From positions 22,367 to 86,366 of the forward strand of contig CADBZY010000007.1 of the NCBI GenBank assembly GCA_902799245.1: DNA of 64,000 nucleotides. Reading direction: 5' to 3'. Below the pieces are notes generated by a model that worked only from the letters and a program-made list of their open reading frames with translations, had not been told where the DNA came from and made no database searches. Below, one piece after another: positions 22,577-31,309 of this stretch. Positions within the stretch are counted from its first letter, which is position 1; the number at the start of each line of letters is the position of its first letter. A program made the translations under genes and the position numbers. This DNA is from an uncultured Ruminococcus sp. (GTDB lineage Bacteria > Bacillota > Clostridia > Oscillospirales > Acutalibacteraceae).

Positions 22577-22600
22577 GCAACAGGAAACAGGAAACCGAAC
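22577..22600 (+). repeat. weak tandem heptamer (AACAGGA x2, then degenerate) after the gyrB stop
   Basis: GCAACAGGAAACAGGAAACCGAAC. Confidence 0.3.
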
Positions 22601-22623
22601 ATTCAACAGCCGCTTAAAAACAA

Positions 22624-22898
22624 TTCCACATCCAATCATTCCCACCAATCGGAAGTTTTTGACGGCTCAGCGTGGAGAATTCCGCAAAACCTGTGGAAAA
22701 CCCTGTGGAAAAGGTTGATAACTCACTGTAATATCGAAAATGACAGCTGCTTTTATTCCAAAGAGTAATTTAAAAATTTGATATTACTTAAGGTTTAAAC
22801 AATTTCCACAGAGTTTTCCACAATCGTATGTTGAATGAAAGTGGATTAAAGGGGAAAGTCTTCCGGCTATTCAAAATCAGGTGGAAAGATGTGGTAAT
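22624..22898. promoter_or_regulatory. third DnaA-box-like cluster, in the gyrB-gyrA intergenic region
   Basis: TGTGGAAAA x2 (22692, 22704), TTTCCACA (22803), TTTTCCACA (22814), AGTGGATTA (22840), GGTGGAAAG (22880) and TGTGGTAAT (22890). Confidence 0.45.
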
Positions 22899-22968
22899 CT
22901 CGTCAGATTATTACAATGAGTATCTTTGACAGTAAGAGAAGTTTTAAACAAGGGGTTTTATCATTACG

Positions 22969-23142
22969 CTGGCTGTTATGGTGCTGGCCGCTCTTGGCCT
23001 GGTAATTCTCGTCGGACTGTCAAAGCATTACCTTCTGGTGCTGCACCTCTATATTCCTCCATCTGCCGCGAAAAATGACGGAGAGTTTGCTGAATGGGAA
23101 AATATTTTGAATGAAATAGTTAATGAATATTCCGATAAGTAA
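22969..23142 (+). CDS. possible small membrane protein (57 aa)
   Basis: ATG ORF MVLAALGLVILVGLSKHYLL...; weak and distant ribosome-binding site; below the track size cutoff. Confidence 0.2.
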   Translation: MAVMVLAALGLVILVGLSKHYLLVLHLYIPPSAAKNDGEFAEWENILNEIVNEYSDK

Positions 23143-23184
23143 TAATTATAACGAAAATTACAAATTATAAAGGAGACTCTTCCT

Positions 23185-23718
23185 ATGGACCCTGCCGATT
23201 ATCCGGAAATGAATAACGATTTATCCGACCTGCAATATTCTATCATATCAGAACAAAGTCCGGAAAATTTCCGCATTGTCAATCTGGTAAAATATTCGGT
23301 CATTATCATATTATCCGTTGCGGCTGTGTTGATCATCTATGCACTCCTCAGCTGGATGGCTAAAAATATTACGGTGCAGCTGTTGATTGTCAGAATGCTG
23401 ATGATGTCATTTATTCCCATTATTGCTATGAGCTTTTTATGCGTTCTGGTGGTAAAAGGTATGCAAACTGCTTTTGGCAGAGTGAAAAGAAATATTAAGA
23501 TCGTCAGATACAACTTTTACGGCGATCATTTTGAGATCGTAGAGGGAGCAAGACTCCGCAGCTTCGGATATGAAAAATTAATAGGGTGTTACAGGATCTT
23601 AGATCACATCGTGCTGATCATCAAGGGAATGTCGCCGCAGTATCTGCCGCCGCAGGTCTTTGAAAACGATATTCAAATGCTGAATTTTGAAACGTTTTTA
23701 CGAATCAAGTTGAAATAA
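23185..23718 (+). CDS. two-transmembrane-helix protein (YcxB-like?), hypothetical
   Basis: AAGGAGA ribosome-binding site. Two transmembrane helices followed by a cytoplasmic domain. Inserted between gyrB and gyrA. Confidence 0.55.
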   Translation: MDPADYPEMNNDLSDLQYSIISEQSPENFRIVNLVKYSVIIILSVAAVLIIYALLSWMAKNITVQLLIVRMLMMSFIPIIAMSFLCVLVVKGMQTAFGRVKRNIKIVRYNFYGDHFEIVEGARLRSFGYEKLIGCYRILDHIVLIIKGMSPQYLPPQVFENDIQMLNFETFLRIKLK

Positions 23719-23748
23719 ATATATTAAGAAACAGGGAGACTACAGCCA

Positions 23749-26253
23749 ATGGAATATGAAGGTCATGAGAATCAAAAAATCATAGAGGTTGACATTAACC
23801 ACGAGATGAAGGATTCCTTTCTCGCTTACTCGATGTCGGTCATCGTGCAGAGAGCGCTGCCCGACGTGCGCGACGGCCTGAAGCCGGTGCACAGGCGTAT
23901 TCTGTACACCATGTTCGAGGACGGACTCTATCCCGAACGCGCCTACAAGAAGTGCGCCACCACGGTCGGTGCCGTGCTGGGTCGTTATCATCCTCACGGC
24001 GATGCTTCCGTGTATGACGCTTTGGTGCGTCTGGCACAGGATTTCTCCATGCGATACATGCTGGTGGACGGACACGGCAACTTCGGTTCTGTGGACGGCG
24101 ACCCGCCTGCCGCTTACCGTTATACCGAAGCCAAGATGAGCAAGATCTCCATGGAAATGCTCACCGACATAGACAAGGAAACCGTAGATTTCACCAACAA
24201 CTTCGACGACTCGCACCAGGAGCCGACGGTGCTGCCGTCACGTTATCCGAACCTGCTTGTCAACGGCTCGACCGGTATCGCCGTCGGTATGGCGACCAAT
24301 ATCGCGCCGCACAATCTGAAGGAAACGATTGACGCGGTTTGTCTGCTGCTCAAAAATCCGGACGCGACGCTCGACGAGCTGATGGAACATATTCAGGGAC
24401 CCGACTTCCCGACAGGCGGCATCATCATGGGACGCGCCGGCATCCGCGCGGCCTACGCCACCGGACGAGGCAAGATCACCGTCCGCGCCAAGGCGGAAAT
24501 AGTGGAACGTCCCAACGGACGCTACCAGATCGTTGTCACGGAGCTGCCTTACCAGGTCAACAAAGCCCGACTGATCGAGAGCATCAGCGACCTTGTCAAG
24601 GAAAAAAGGCTGGAAGGCATCAGCAATTGCGACGACCATTCCGACCGCGAGGGTATGCGGATCACCATCGATGTCAAGCGCGACGCTTCGCCGAATGTGG
24701 TGCTGAATAACCTCTTTAAGAATACACAGATGCAGATCACCTTCGGCGCGATTCACCTTGCCATTGTGGACGGCGTGCCGAGAACCCTCACATTAAAGCA
24801 GATGCTGGAATACTACATCAAGCACCAGCTCGAAGTGATTCTGCGCCGCACGATTTATGACCTTAAAAAGGCAAAGGAACGCGCTCATATATTAGAAGCG
24901 CTGAAAGTCGCCCTTGATTTTATTGATGAAGTCATCGCGATACTGCGTTCTTCCAAGAATATCCCCGAAGGCAAGCAGCGACTCATGGATCGCTTCGGAT
25001 TCGATGAGGTACAGGCGCAGGCCATCGTGCAGATGCGTCTGGCACAGCTCACCGGCATGGAAAAGGAAAAGCTGGAAGCCGAGCTGAAAGCACTGCTGGA
25101 AAAAATCGAGGACTGCAACGACATCATCGCGCGCGAGGAACGCCGCCGCGACATCATTATGGAGGAATCGCAGGAGATAGCCCGCAAATTCGGCGACGAA
25201 CGCAGAACGCAGATAGAAACCATTTCCGGCGAAATGGATATTGAAGACCTCATCAAGGAAGAAGACTGCGTGATCACCTTTACCGCGTTCGGCTATGTCA
25301 AGCGCCAGAAGCTCGACACCTATCAGACCCAGCACAGAGGCGGCCGAGGCGTCAGCGGCATGGCGCGACGGGAAGAGGATGTGCCGACCGAGATGTTTAT
25401 CACGTCCACGCACGATTACGTCATGTTCTTCTCCGACCGCGGAAGGGTCTACAGGCTCAAAGGCTACGAGATTCCGGAGGGTTCCCGTTCGTCCAAGGGC
25501 ATCAATATCGTCAATCTGCTCCCGCTGGAGGGCGACGAAAAGATCACCGAAATGATCCGTGTACAGAAGCAGTATGAGCATGAGATGTACCTCGTCATGG
25601 TGACAAAGAACGGCCTCATCAAGCGCACGGCGCTGAGCGAATTCGGCAATATCCGCAAGAAGGGACTGATTGCCCTGAGCTTGCGCGACGACGATTCCCT
25701 TGTCTGGACGAGGCTGACCAACGGCAGCAATGAACTGCTTGTCGCCACCAAGGGAGGCTATTCCATCCGCTTCAATGAAAACGACGTGCGCGCGATGGGA
25801 CGCGGCGCGGCAGGCGTTCACGCCATCCGGCTGCGCGAAGGCGACGAAGTCATCGGCATGTCCACGCTGCGCGAAGGCGGCAGAGTGCTGACCGTCAGTG
25901 AAACCGGCTACGGCAGACTGACGCCGATTTCCGACTACCGTCTGCAAAGCCGCGGCGGAATGGGAATCAAGAATTACCGCAGCGAGAACGGCAATGTTGC
26001 CGCGATTCGTGTGGTTGACAATGACGACGACGTGATCATTATCAACAGCTCCGGCGTGATTATCCGCATTGCCGTCAGCGAGATCAGAGAATGTGCGAGG
26101 CCGAGTAAGGGCGTTCGCGTGATGAAGATCGAGGACGGCGGCAAGGTTGTGGCGCTGGCGAGAGTCAAACACGAGGAAGGCGAAGAAACCGACGCGGTGG
26201 ACAATACCGTGGAGGACGAACCGGCGGAAGAAGAAGAGGCAGGTAGCAGGTAG
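23749..26253 (+). CDS. gyrA: DNA gyrase subunit A
   Basis: Active-site tyrosine region AAMRYTEA, a QRDR-like segment and beta-pinwheel repeats. Acidic tail. The stop lies inside a heptamer repeat. Confidence 0.96.
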   Translation: MEYEGHENQKIIEVDINHEMKDSFLAYSMSVIVQRALPDVRDGLKPVHRRILYTMFEDGLYPERAYKKCATTVGAVLGRYHPHGDASVYDALVRLAQDFSMRYMLVDGHGNFGSVDGDPPAAYRYTEAKMSKISMEMLTDIDKETVDFTNNFDDSHQEPTVLPSRYPNLLVNGSTGIAVGMATNIAPHNLKETIDAVCLLLKNPDATLDELMEHIQGPDFPTGGIIMGRAGIRAAYATGRGKITVRAKAEIVERPNGRYQIVVTELPYQVNKARLIESISDLVKEKRLEGISNCDDHSDREGMRITIDVKRDASPNVVLNNLFKNTQMQITFGAIHLAIVDGVPRTLTLKQMLEYYIKHQLEVILRRTIYDLKKAKERAHILEALKVALDFIDEVIAILRSSKNIPEGKQRLMDRFGFDEVQAQAIVQMRLAQLTGMEKEKLEAELKALLEKIEDCNDIIAREERRRDIIMEESQEIARKFGDERRTQIETISGEMDIEDLIKEEDCVITFTAFGYVKRQKLDTYQTQHRGGRGVSGMARREEDVPTEMFITSTHDYVMFFSDRGRVYRLKGYEIPEGSRSSKGINIVNLLPLEGDEKITEMIRVQKQYEHEMYLVMVTKNGLIKRTALSEFGNIRKKGLIALSLRDDDSLVWTRLTNGSNELLVATKGGYSIRFNENDVRAMGRGAAGVHAIRLREGDEVIGMSTLREGGRVLTVSETGYGRLTPISDYRLQSRGGMGIKNYRSENGNVAAIRVVDNDDDVIIINSSGVIIRIAVSEIRECARPSKGVRVMKIEDGGKVVALARVKHEEGEETDAVDNTVEDEPAEEEEAGSR

Positions 26254-26277
26254 AAGGTAGTAGGTTGAAGGTTGAAG
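26241..26277 (+). repeat. tandem heptamers AGGTAGC-AGGTAGA-AGGTAGT-AGGTTGA-AGGTTGA spanning the gyrA stop
   Basis: Read directly from the sequence. Confidence 0.8.
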
Positions 26278-26289
26278 CATAGCGCAGCG

Positions 26290-26570
26290 CGTAACTAGCG
26301 AGTCTTTTTCCCAGGCGAGCGTGGGGTCCAGGGCAATGTCATCAACTTAAGGGGATTATGAAGGATGTGCCTTGCACCGGGGGTGCTCCCCCAGTCAGCC
26401 ATGCCAACAAGTTGGCGGGCTGACAGCCCCCTCAGAGAGGGAGCCGATAAAATTGCCTTCCTCTTTGAGGAAGGTGGCACGAAGTGCCGGTAGGAGCGCT
26501 CCCGGCGCAGGCGAACGCAGATAAAGGCTCCTTCAACGAGAGAAGCACAAACGAGTAAAACGCATAAACC
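26290..26570. ncRNA. GC-rich, hairpin-dense non-coding region (candidate structured RNA or long 3'UTR), unknown class
   Basis: Multiple stable hairpins (GGGGTGCTCCCC; CAGCCATGCCAACAAGTTGGCGGGCTG; CCTTCCTCTTTGAGGAAGG). No credible ORF. Lies between convergent genes. Confidence 0.25.
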
Positions 26571-26574
26571 AAAA

Positions 26575-26608
26575 AGCACTGTGAAATCAAAAATCACAGT
26601 GCTTTTAT
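26575..26608. terminator. bidirectional rho-independent terminator
   Basis: AGCACTGTGA...TCACAGTGCT, flanked by an A-run and a T-run. Confidence 0.7.
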
Positions 26609-26642
26609 TATCGTTTATAGCATAAAAAGTGTTCTCTAAAAA

Positions 26643-27392
26643 TTACAGCTTGGTACCGCATTCACCGCAGAATTTCATATCCGCGTCGTTCTGGAAGCCG
26701 CATTTCGGGCATTTGCCGGTTTTCTGCTGCAAGGAAGCTCCGCACTCGCCGCAGAATTTCAGACCAGCCGCCACGCTTGCGCCGCAGTTCGGACATTTCT
26801 GCATGTCGAGCGGTGCGCCGCAGTTGTTGCAGAATTTGCCGTTTCCGGCGGGCTTGCCGCATTCGGGACAGACCGTGGTGCGGGATTCGATCTTGCCCTT
26901 CCACACCTGGGCGGTTTCGGCGGCTTCATCAATGTTGCGACGCATGGCCTGGCTGCGCGCTTTGGCTATATAACCGGCTTCTCTCGGAGCACATTCCGTG
27001 CAAAGCTCCTCGTCCTCGTTCCAGCAGTCGGCGCATACCCATTTGTTGCAGGAAGGGCATTTCAGAAACTGGGAACGCACTTCCTCCTGCGCGGCGTCAA
27101 AGGCGGCTTCGTATTCCTTGCGCCACTGGGGAGAACGCCCTTCAAATCTGCTGCCGACCGCGTCGCTGCCGCGTTCCAAGGCGTATCCAATATCACCTGC
27201 GGCTCCGCCGATCATTCGACCCACAGCCGAAGCAAGTCTGCCGAAGCTCCTTGAATTCTGCTGTTTCTTGTAGGTGGTAGAGGGAATAAAGGTGCTCTGT
27301 ACGCCGTTTCCGCAGCAGTCACAGTAAAATTCAAACTGAAATCCGGCTTCGGTGGAAAGATCATTGTAATTTCTGGTAAATGAATGCAGCAT
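26643..27392 (-). CDS. multi-zinc-ribbon protein (many CxxC pairs), hypothetical
   Basis: Eight or more CxxC pairs (CPECG, CNNCG, CPNCG, CGECG, CPKCG). ACGGAGGA ribosome-binding site. Confidence 0.6.
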   Translation of the reverse strand: MLHSFTRNYNDLSTEAGFQFEFYCDCCGNGVQSTFIPSTTYKKQQNSRSFGRLASAVGRMIGGAAGDIGYALERGSDAVGSRFEGRSPQWRKEYEAAFDAAQEEVRSQFLKCPSCNKWVCADCWNEDEELCTECAPREAGYIAKARSQAMRRNIDEAAETAQVWKGKIESRTTVCPECGKPAGNGKFCNNCGAPLDMQKCPNCGASVAAGLKFCGECGASLQQKTGKCPKCGFQNDADMKFCGECGTKL

Positions 27393-27623
27393 TATTGATG
27401 TCCTCCGTGTTTTCTATAATATATTTATTGATTCTATTGTATTAAAGAATAGATGATTTGTCAATATGATAAAATCAAAACGCGCCTGAACAAAATAATC
27501 TTTGCGTCAAATATTCAAAGAAAATTCATAAAAAATCATATAACATCTATTGACATTCATATGAACCTGTATTATAATCATATTAATTTAAGTGACAATC
27601 GATTAAACTTGAAGGTGAATCAA

Positions 27624-28199
27624 ATGACAAGTGGAAAAAAGCAAATCACTCCCGCAAAAGAAAGGCCGGAGCTTGTGGATTATGAAGCCATTCGTCCGGC
27701 ATTCGCGGTAACGGGCGGACTCATGCTTTCACAGGTAGTGGAAATGACAGGACTCGGCAGCTCCACGATTCAGAACTGGATTAAACGCGGCTGGATCATG
27801 TCTCCTACGGACAAAAAATACAGCGAACGTCAGGTGGCGCGCATTCTCATTATCAATATGCTGCGCAAATCGATGCAGCTGGAAAACATTCTCAAGCTCA
27901 TGGAATGTGTCAACGGTGATGTGGAAGATCAGTCGGATGACATCATCAAGGACGCCGACCTATACATATATATTTATAATATCGTCAAGAGAACCGAACC
28001 GCTTGATCAATTCACGCTTGACCGTCTGGATAGTGTCATTGATGAGGAAATCCGCGATTATCACGGCACCGCCGAAGGCTACACCGGTCATGTCAGCGAC
28101 GCCGCCAAGCGGCTGCACGACGCGCTGAAAATCATCCTGCTCACCTATATGAGCAGTGAGCTTCGCAAGCGCGCGGAAGCGGAATTGGAAAAATTATAA
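27624..28199 (+). CDS. MerR-like helix-turn-helix protein of the DUF1836 type, hypothetical regulator
   Basis: Helix-turn-helix LSQVVEMTGLGSSTIQNWIKRGWI. ATG at 27624 with a GAAGGTGAA ribosome-binding site; the track's upstream extension is an AT-rich leader. Confidence 0.5.
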   Translation: MTSGKKQITPAKERPELVDYEAIRPAFAVTGGLMLSQVVEMTGLGSSTIQNWIKRGWIMSPTDKKYSERQVARILIINMLRKSMQLENILKLMECVNGDVEDQSDDIIKDADLYIYIYNIVKRTEPLDQFTLDRLDSVIDEEIRDYHGTAEGYTGHVSDAAKRLHDALKIILLTYMSSELRKRAEAELEKL

Positions 28200-28219
28200 A
28201 AAAGAAAGGCAGTATCATT

Positions 28220-28477
28220 ATGGACTTCACTACGATTCTGGGGATTATCATTATATTGGTTGTTGCAGCTGCATTGATTGTGGCGTTAAGGATTTATCAG
28301 AGAGTCAGGGTGGATACAGGTTATCACACAGGTAAGTTTTATAAAAGAGGTCAACACATGGGAGCCTATATCGGAAATTATCATATGGACGAGATGGGTG
28401 TAGGTAAAGAATCTGCTGATGGAAGAATTGAGTCGGATGAAGAAATGTTTTTGTTTTCAGAAAATGATAAACAGTGA
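28220..28477 (+). CDS. small single-transmembrane-helix protein, hypothetical
   Basis: GAAAGG ribosome-binding site; one N-terminal transmembrane helix. Confidence 0.4.
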   Translation: MDFTTILGIIIILVVAAALIVALRIYQRVRVDTGYHTGKFYKRGQHMGAYIGNYHMDEMGVGKESADGRIESDEEMFLFSENDKQ

Positions 28478-28589
28478 GAAATGAATGTATCATAAAAGAG
28501 CGTCAGCAAGGGGACAAGAGAAGAGTTTTTTAGAAGAGAGTATCAAAAAAGGGATAGACTATCAGTTTTTTGAAAGGAAATGAACGGAT

Positions 28590-28802
28590 ATGGAAAAAAT
28601 CAGAAAATGCGTGCGGTGCGGCTCTGAGATGGTTGAAGCAGGACATATCATCGGGGCCGGATTCAAGCTCAACGACCGCGAAATAAGGAGTTATCCTATC
28701 AAGACTGCGGTCTGTCCGAAATGTCATGAAGTCTCCCTTTACATCGAGGATAAGGAATTTGACAGGATGACGGGTCGCGCTTTGATCGAGAGGAAGATTT
28801 GA
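28590..28802 (+). CDS. 70-aa zinc-ribbon mini-protein (CxxC...CxxC), paralogue of 29871..30098
   Basis: CVRCGSEMVEAG...CPKCHEVSLYIED compared with CPFCGGTEFVYG...CRNCGSVVHSYVD in the paralogue. Confidence 0.5.
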   Translation: MEKIRKCVRCGSEMVEAGHIIGAGFKLNDREIRSYPIKTAVCPKCHEVSLYIEDKEFDRMTGRALIERKI

Positions 28803-28843
28803 TGCGGCATAACAGAAGACAATAACAGGGGGGGAAATACATA

Positions 28844-29461
28844 ATGAAAGATTGGTTTATGACAGATCCTTTGCGTTCGACGCTGCTTTGTGTGGCCGTG
28901 CCGGCTACGGTCATTATGATATTGCAGACCGTGATGATTTTTATCGGAATGGCGGGACATTCCGATGTGGATATGCCGGACGACAACGGCATTGACGGTG
29001 TATTCGGCAACGATTCGCCTGACGCTCCCGATGTGCATCTCGGCGACTCGGGACTCCGTATCTTTACGGTGCGCGGAATGGTTGCGTTTTTCGCGGTCGG
29101 CGGCTGGGCAGGGCTTTCCGCCCTCTCTCTCTGCGGAAGTACCGCGGCTGCAATCATTACGGCATTCATCGCGGGAACACTCGCGCTTCTGCTTGTGGCG
29201 TGGTTTTTCAAATGGGCGGCTTCACTGAATGAAAACGGCACGCTTCAAATGGAGAGCGCGGTCGGCAAGGTCGGCGAGGTCTACATAACGGTTCCGCCGG
29301 AAATGAACGGAACCGGCAAGGTGAATATCATCATTCAGGGCAGGCTGACCGAAGCCGAAGCCATGACCGACAGCGAACGTCCCCTGAAATACGGCGAACC
29401 CGTGGAAGTCGTCGGGATGGCAGTCGGGAACGTTCTGAAAGTCAGACCCGTATCAAAATAG
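28844..29461 (+). CDS. NfeD-family membrane protein (OB-fold C-terminus)
   Basis: Transmembrane helices plus a C-terminal OB-fold domain GKVGEVYITVPP...GKVNIIIQGRL. Confidence 0.7.
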   Translation: MKDWFMTDPLRSTLLCVAVPATVIMILQTVMIFIGMAGHSDVDMPDDNGIDGVFGNDSPDAPDVHLGDSGLRIFTVRGMVAFFAVGGWAGLSALSLCGSTAAAIITAFIAGTLALLLVAWFFKWAASLNENGTLQMESAVGKVGEVYITVPPEMNGTGKVNIIIQGRLTEAEAMTDSERPLKYGEPVEVVGMAVGNVLKVRPVSK

Positions 29462-29520
29462 CGCTCACATTCGTTCGCTTAGTGAATGGTGAATAGTGAA
29501 TAACGTCGGAAGCGCTTCGC
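29462..29520 (+). repeat. post-stop element: GCGCTCACATTCGTTCGCTT followed by the (A/G)GTGAAT x3 heptamer and a GC palindrome
   Basis: Similar (about 80% by eye) to 58221..58273 on the minus strand. Confidence 0.7.
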
Positions 29521-29555
29521 GCTTGGAATCTATTATAATGAAAGAAGAATATCCC

Positions 29556-29867
29556 ATGTCTGATGAAAAGAAAATCGATAATTTGGACGAAGATGTAAAC
29601 AAGGAAGAAAAAGAGGACGAAAGCCACACGGGTCTTGCTGTCGGCATGTGCTTAGGCATTGCCTTAGGGCTCTCACTCGGGCAGTTTATTTACCACACTC
29701 CGTCGATTGGCATGTGTATGGGTCTTGGTATCGGTCTGTGCTTTGGCACAGCGTATGACGCACATAAGAATAATCAGAAGGCAGCCAAAGCCGCGGAGAA
29801 GCCGAAGGAAGATACAACCGAAGAAACATCAGAGCAGCAGGAAACGAAATCCGAAAGCGGTGAGTAA
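29556..29867 (+). CDS. small glycine-zipper membrane protein, hypothetical
   Basis: GxxxG-rich transmembrane region. The start is ambiguous (29538 or 29556); the upstream part of the track ORF overlaps the repeat element. Confidence 0.45.
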   Translation: MSDEKKIDNLDEDVNKEEKEDESHTGLAVGMCLGIALGLSLGQFIYHTPSIGMCMGLGIGLCFGTAYDAHKNNQKAAKAAEKPKEDTTEETSEQQETKSESGE

Positions 29868-29870
29868 TTT

Positions 29871-30098
29871 ATGCAGAATACGCTACATCCCATTCAGATC
29901 AAGCAGTGTCCCTTCTGCGGCGGCACGGAGTTTGTGTACGGCTATCAGGCGGGATACGGAGCCATTATGAGAGATCAAAGTCTGTTGGCGGCAGGTCAGG
30001 CTTTGCGTTATATCATCTGCCGGAACTGCGGGAGCGTGGTGCACAGCTATGTCGATAACCCCGAAAAGCTGCTGAAAAGGAGCAACAGAAAAAGATAA
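29871..30098 (+). CDS. 75-aa zinc-ribbon mini-protein, paralogue of 28590..28802
   Basis: GGTGAG ribosome-binding site; two CxxC pairs. Confidence 0.5.
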   Translation: MQNTLHPIQIKQCPFCGGTEFVYGYQAGYGAIMRDQSLLAAGQALRYIICRNCGSVVHSYVDNPEKLLKRSNRKR

Positions 30099-30200
30099 AT
30101 TCCGCATTTTTTATCGTAAATATTGCCAAATTCCGAACGATATGATATAATTGTTTTTAACGAATTCAGAAATATTCAAATAAAAATATCGGAGGAATGT

Positions 30201-31175
30201 ATGTTGAAGCAAATCACAAAATCCACGCTGCTAAAGGGTCTGTTGACGCTGCTGTCTATCATGGCAATGGGAATTATCGTGGGCTGCACATCGGGATTTG
30301 CCGAGCCGTTTGACATCAGCAATATCTATTATAATTACACTACTGTGAGCGGAAGCGACGGAGAATACGTTGTCATTACCAAGCATCTTGTATCGCAGTC
30401 CGATGTTAAGATTCCCGATGCCATTTATGGCATTCCGGTGAAAGAAATTGCCGATTCTGTCTTTGCGGAAGATAAGCAGATAAAGACTGTTACCTTCGGT
30501 AAGAATATGCGCCGGATTGGCAGCAATGCCTTTGGCCATTGTACCAACCTGCAAAGCGTTACCTTCAATGTCAGCATGAGCGACATCGGCGATTATTCAT
30601 TCCAGGGCTGCACAGGGCTGCAGGAAATGTCGTTTCCGGATCATCTGGCGTCTGTCGGACGCGGTGCGTTCTACGGCTGCACTTCTCTGATTAATTTAGC
30701 GGTACCCAATGGCATACAGCATATAGGCGGCATGGCTTTTGGAAATACCGCATGGCTGAGTGCCCGCGCCGGTGACGAATTCGTTTATGTGGGCGACGGA
30801 ATCCTCATAGCCTACAACGGAGATAAAGAAAAACTGAAGCTGCCCAAAAATGTCAGGCTTATCGCCGGTGCGTTCGCGGGAAATACCAATCTGAAGAGCG
30901 TTACACTGAGGGACGGATTGACGGCTATCGGAGATATGGCTTTTATGGGATGCCATTCGCTGACGGAGGTTAATATTCCATCCACTGTCACCGAGATAGG
31001 CAGCAATGCCTTCTATGGCTGTTCTTCCGTGGAAAAGCTGATCATCCCTGCCAGGATGGAATACATAGGACCCGATGCATTTACCAATTGCAGAGCCGCC
31101 TTATTTGTCAAGGAAGGCGCTTACGCCGAAAAATACTGCGCGGATAACGGATTGGATTGTTTCACAAGCAAGTGA
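30201..31175 (+). CDS. leucine-rich-repeat (BspA-type LRR_5) lipoprotein
   Basis: Lipobox IVGC. Repeated xIGxxAFxxCxxLxxV units. GGAGGA ribosome-binding site before the ATG at 30201. Confidence 0.7.
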   Translation: MLKQITKSTLLKGLLTLLSIMAMGIIVGCTSGFAEPFDISNIYYNYTTVSGSDGEYVVITKHLVSQSDVKIPDAIYGIPVKEIADSVFAEDKQIKTVTFGKNMRRIGSNAFGHCTNLQSVTFNVSMSDIGDYSFQGCTGLQEMSFPDHLASVGRGAFYGCTSLINLAVPNGIQHIGGMAFGNTAWLSARAGDEFVYVGDGILIAYNGDKEKLKLPKNVRLIAGAFAGNTNLKSVTLRDGLTAIGDMAFMGCHSLTEVNIPSTVTEIGSNAFYGCSSVEKLIIPARMEYIGPDAFTNCRAALFVKEGAYAEKYCADNGLDCFTSK

Positions 31176-31309
31176 ACACATAATATACAATATGTATTTC
31201 ATATATGATTAATTACGATTTGGAATACTTTTATTTGTAAACTGTTAATCAATAAAGCAATATGCTTTATTTTGATAAAATATTATATTTTACAAAGGAG
31301 TAATGAACT

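Noticed and set aside
22840-22862. AAGGGGAAAGTCTTCCGG, resembling the RNase P RNA GGAAAGUCC motif
   Set aside because: There is no surrounding 350-nt structured RNA. It lies inside the DnaA-box cluster.
24892-26280. 462-aa ORF antisense to gyrA (similar antisense ORFs at 59831..60697, 62400..63110, 35811..36596, 42220..43389 and 723..1235)
   Set aside because: These are antisense frames of GC-rich conserved genes, with no ribosome-binding site.
26295-26597. 100-aa ORF in the GC-rich region after gyrA
   Set aside because: Arg-rich, with no start context. The region is better explained as structured non-coding RNA or DNA.
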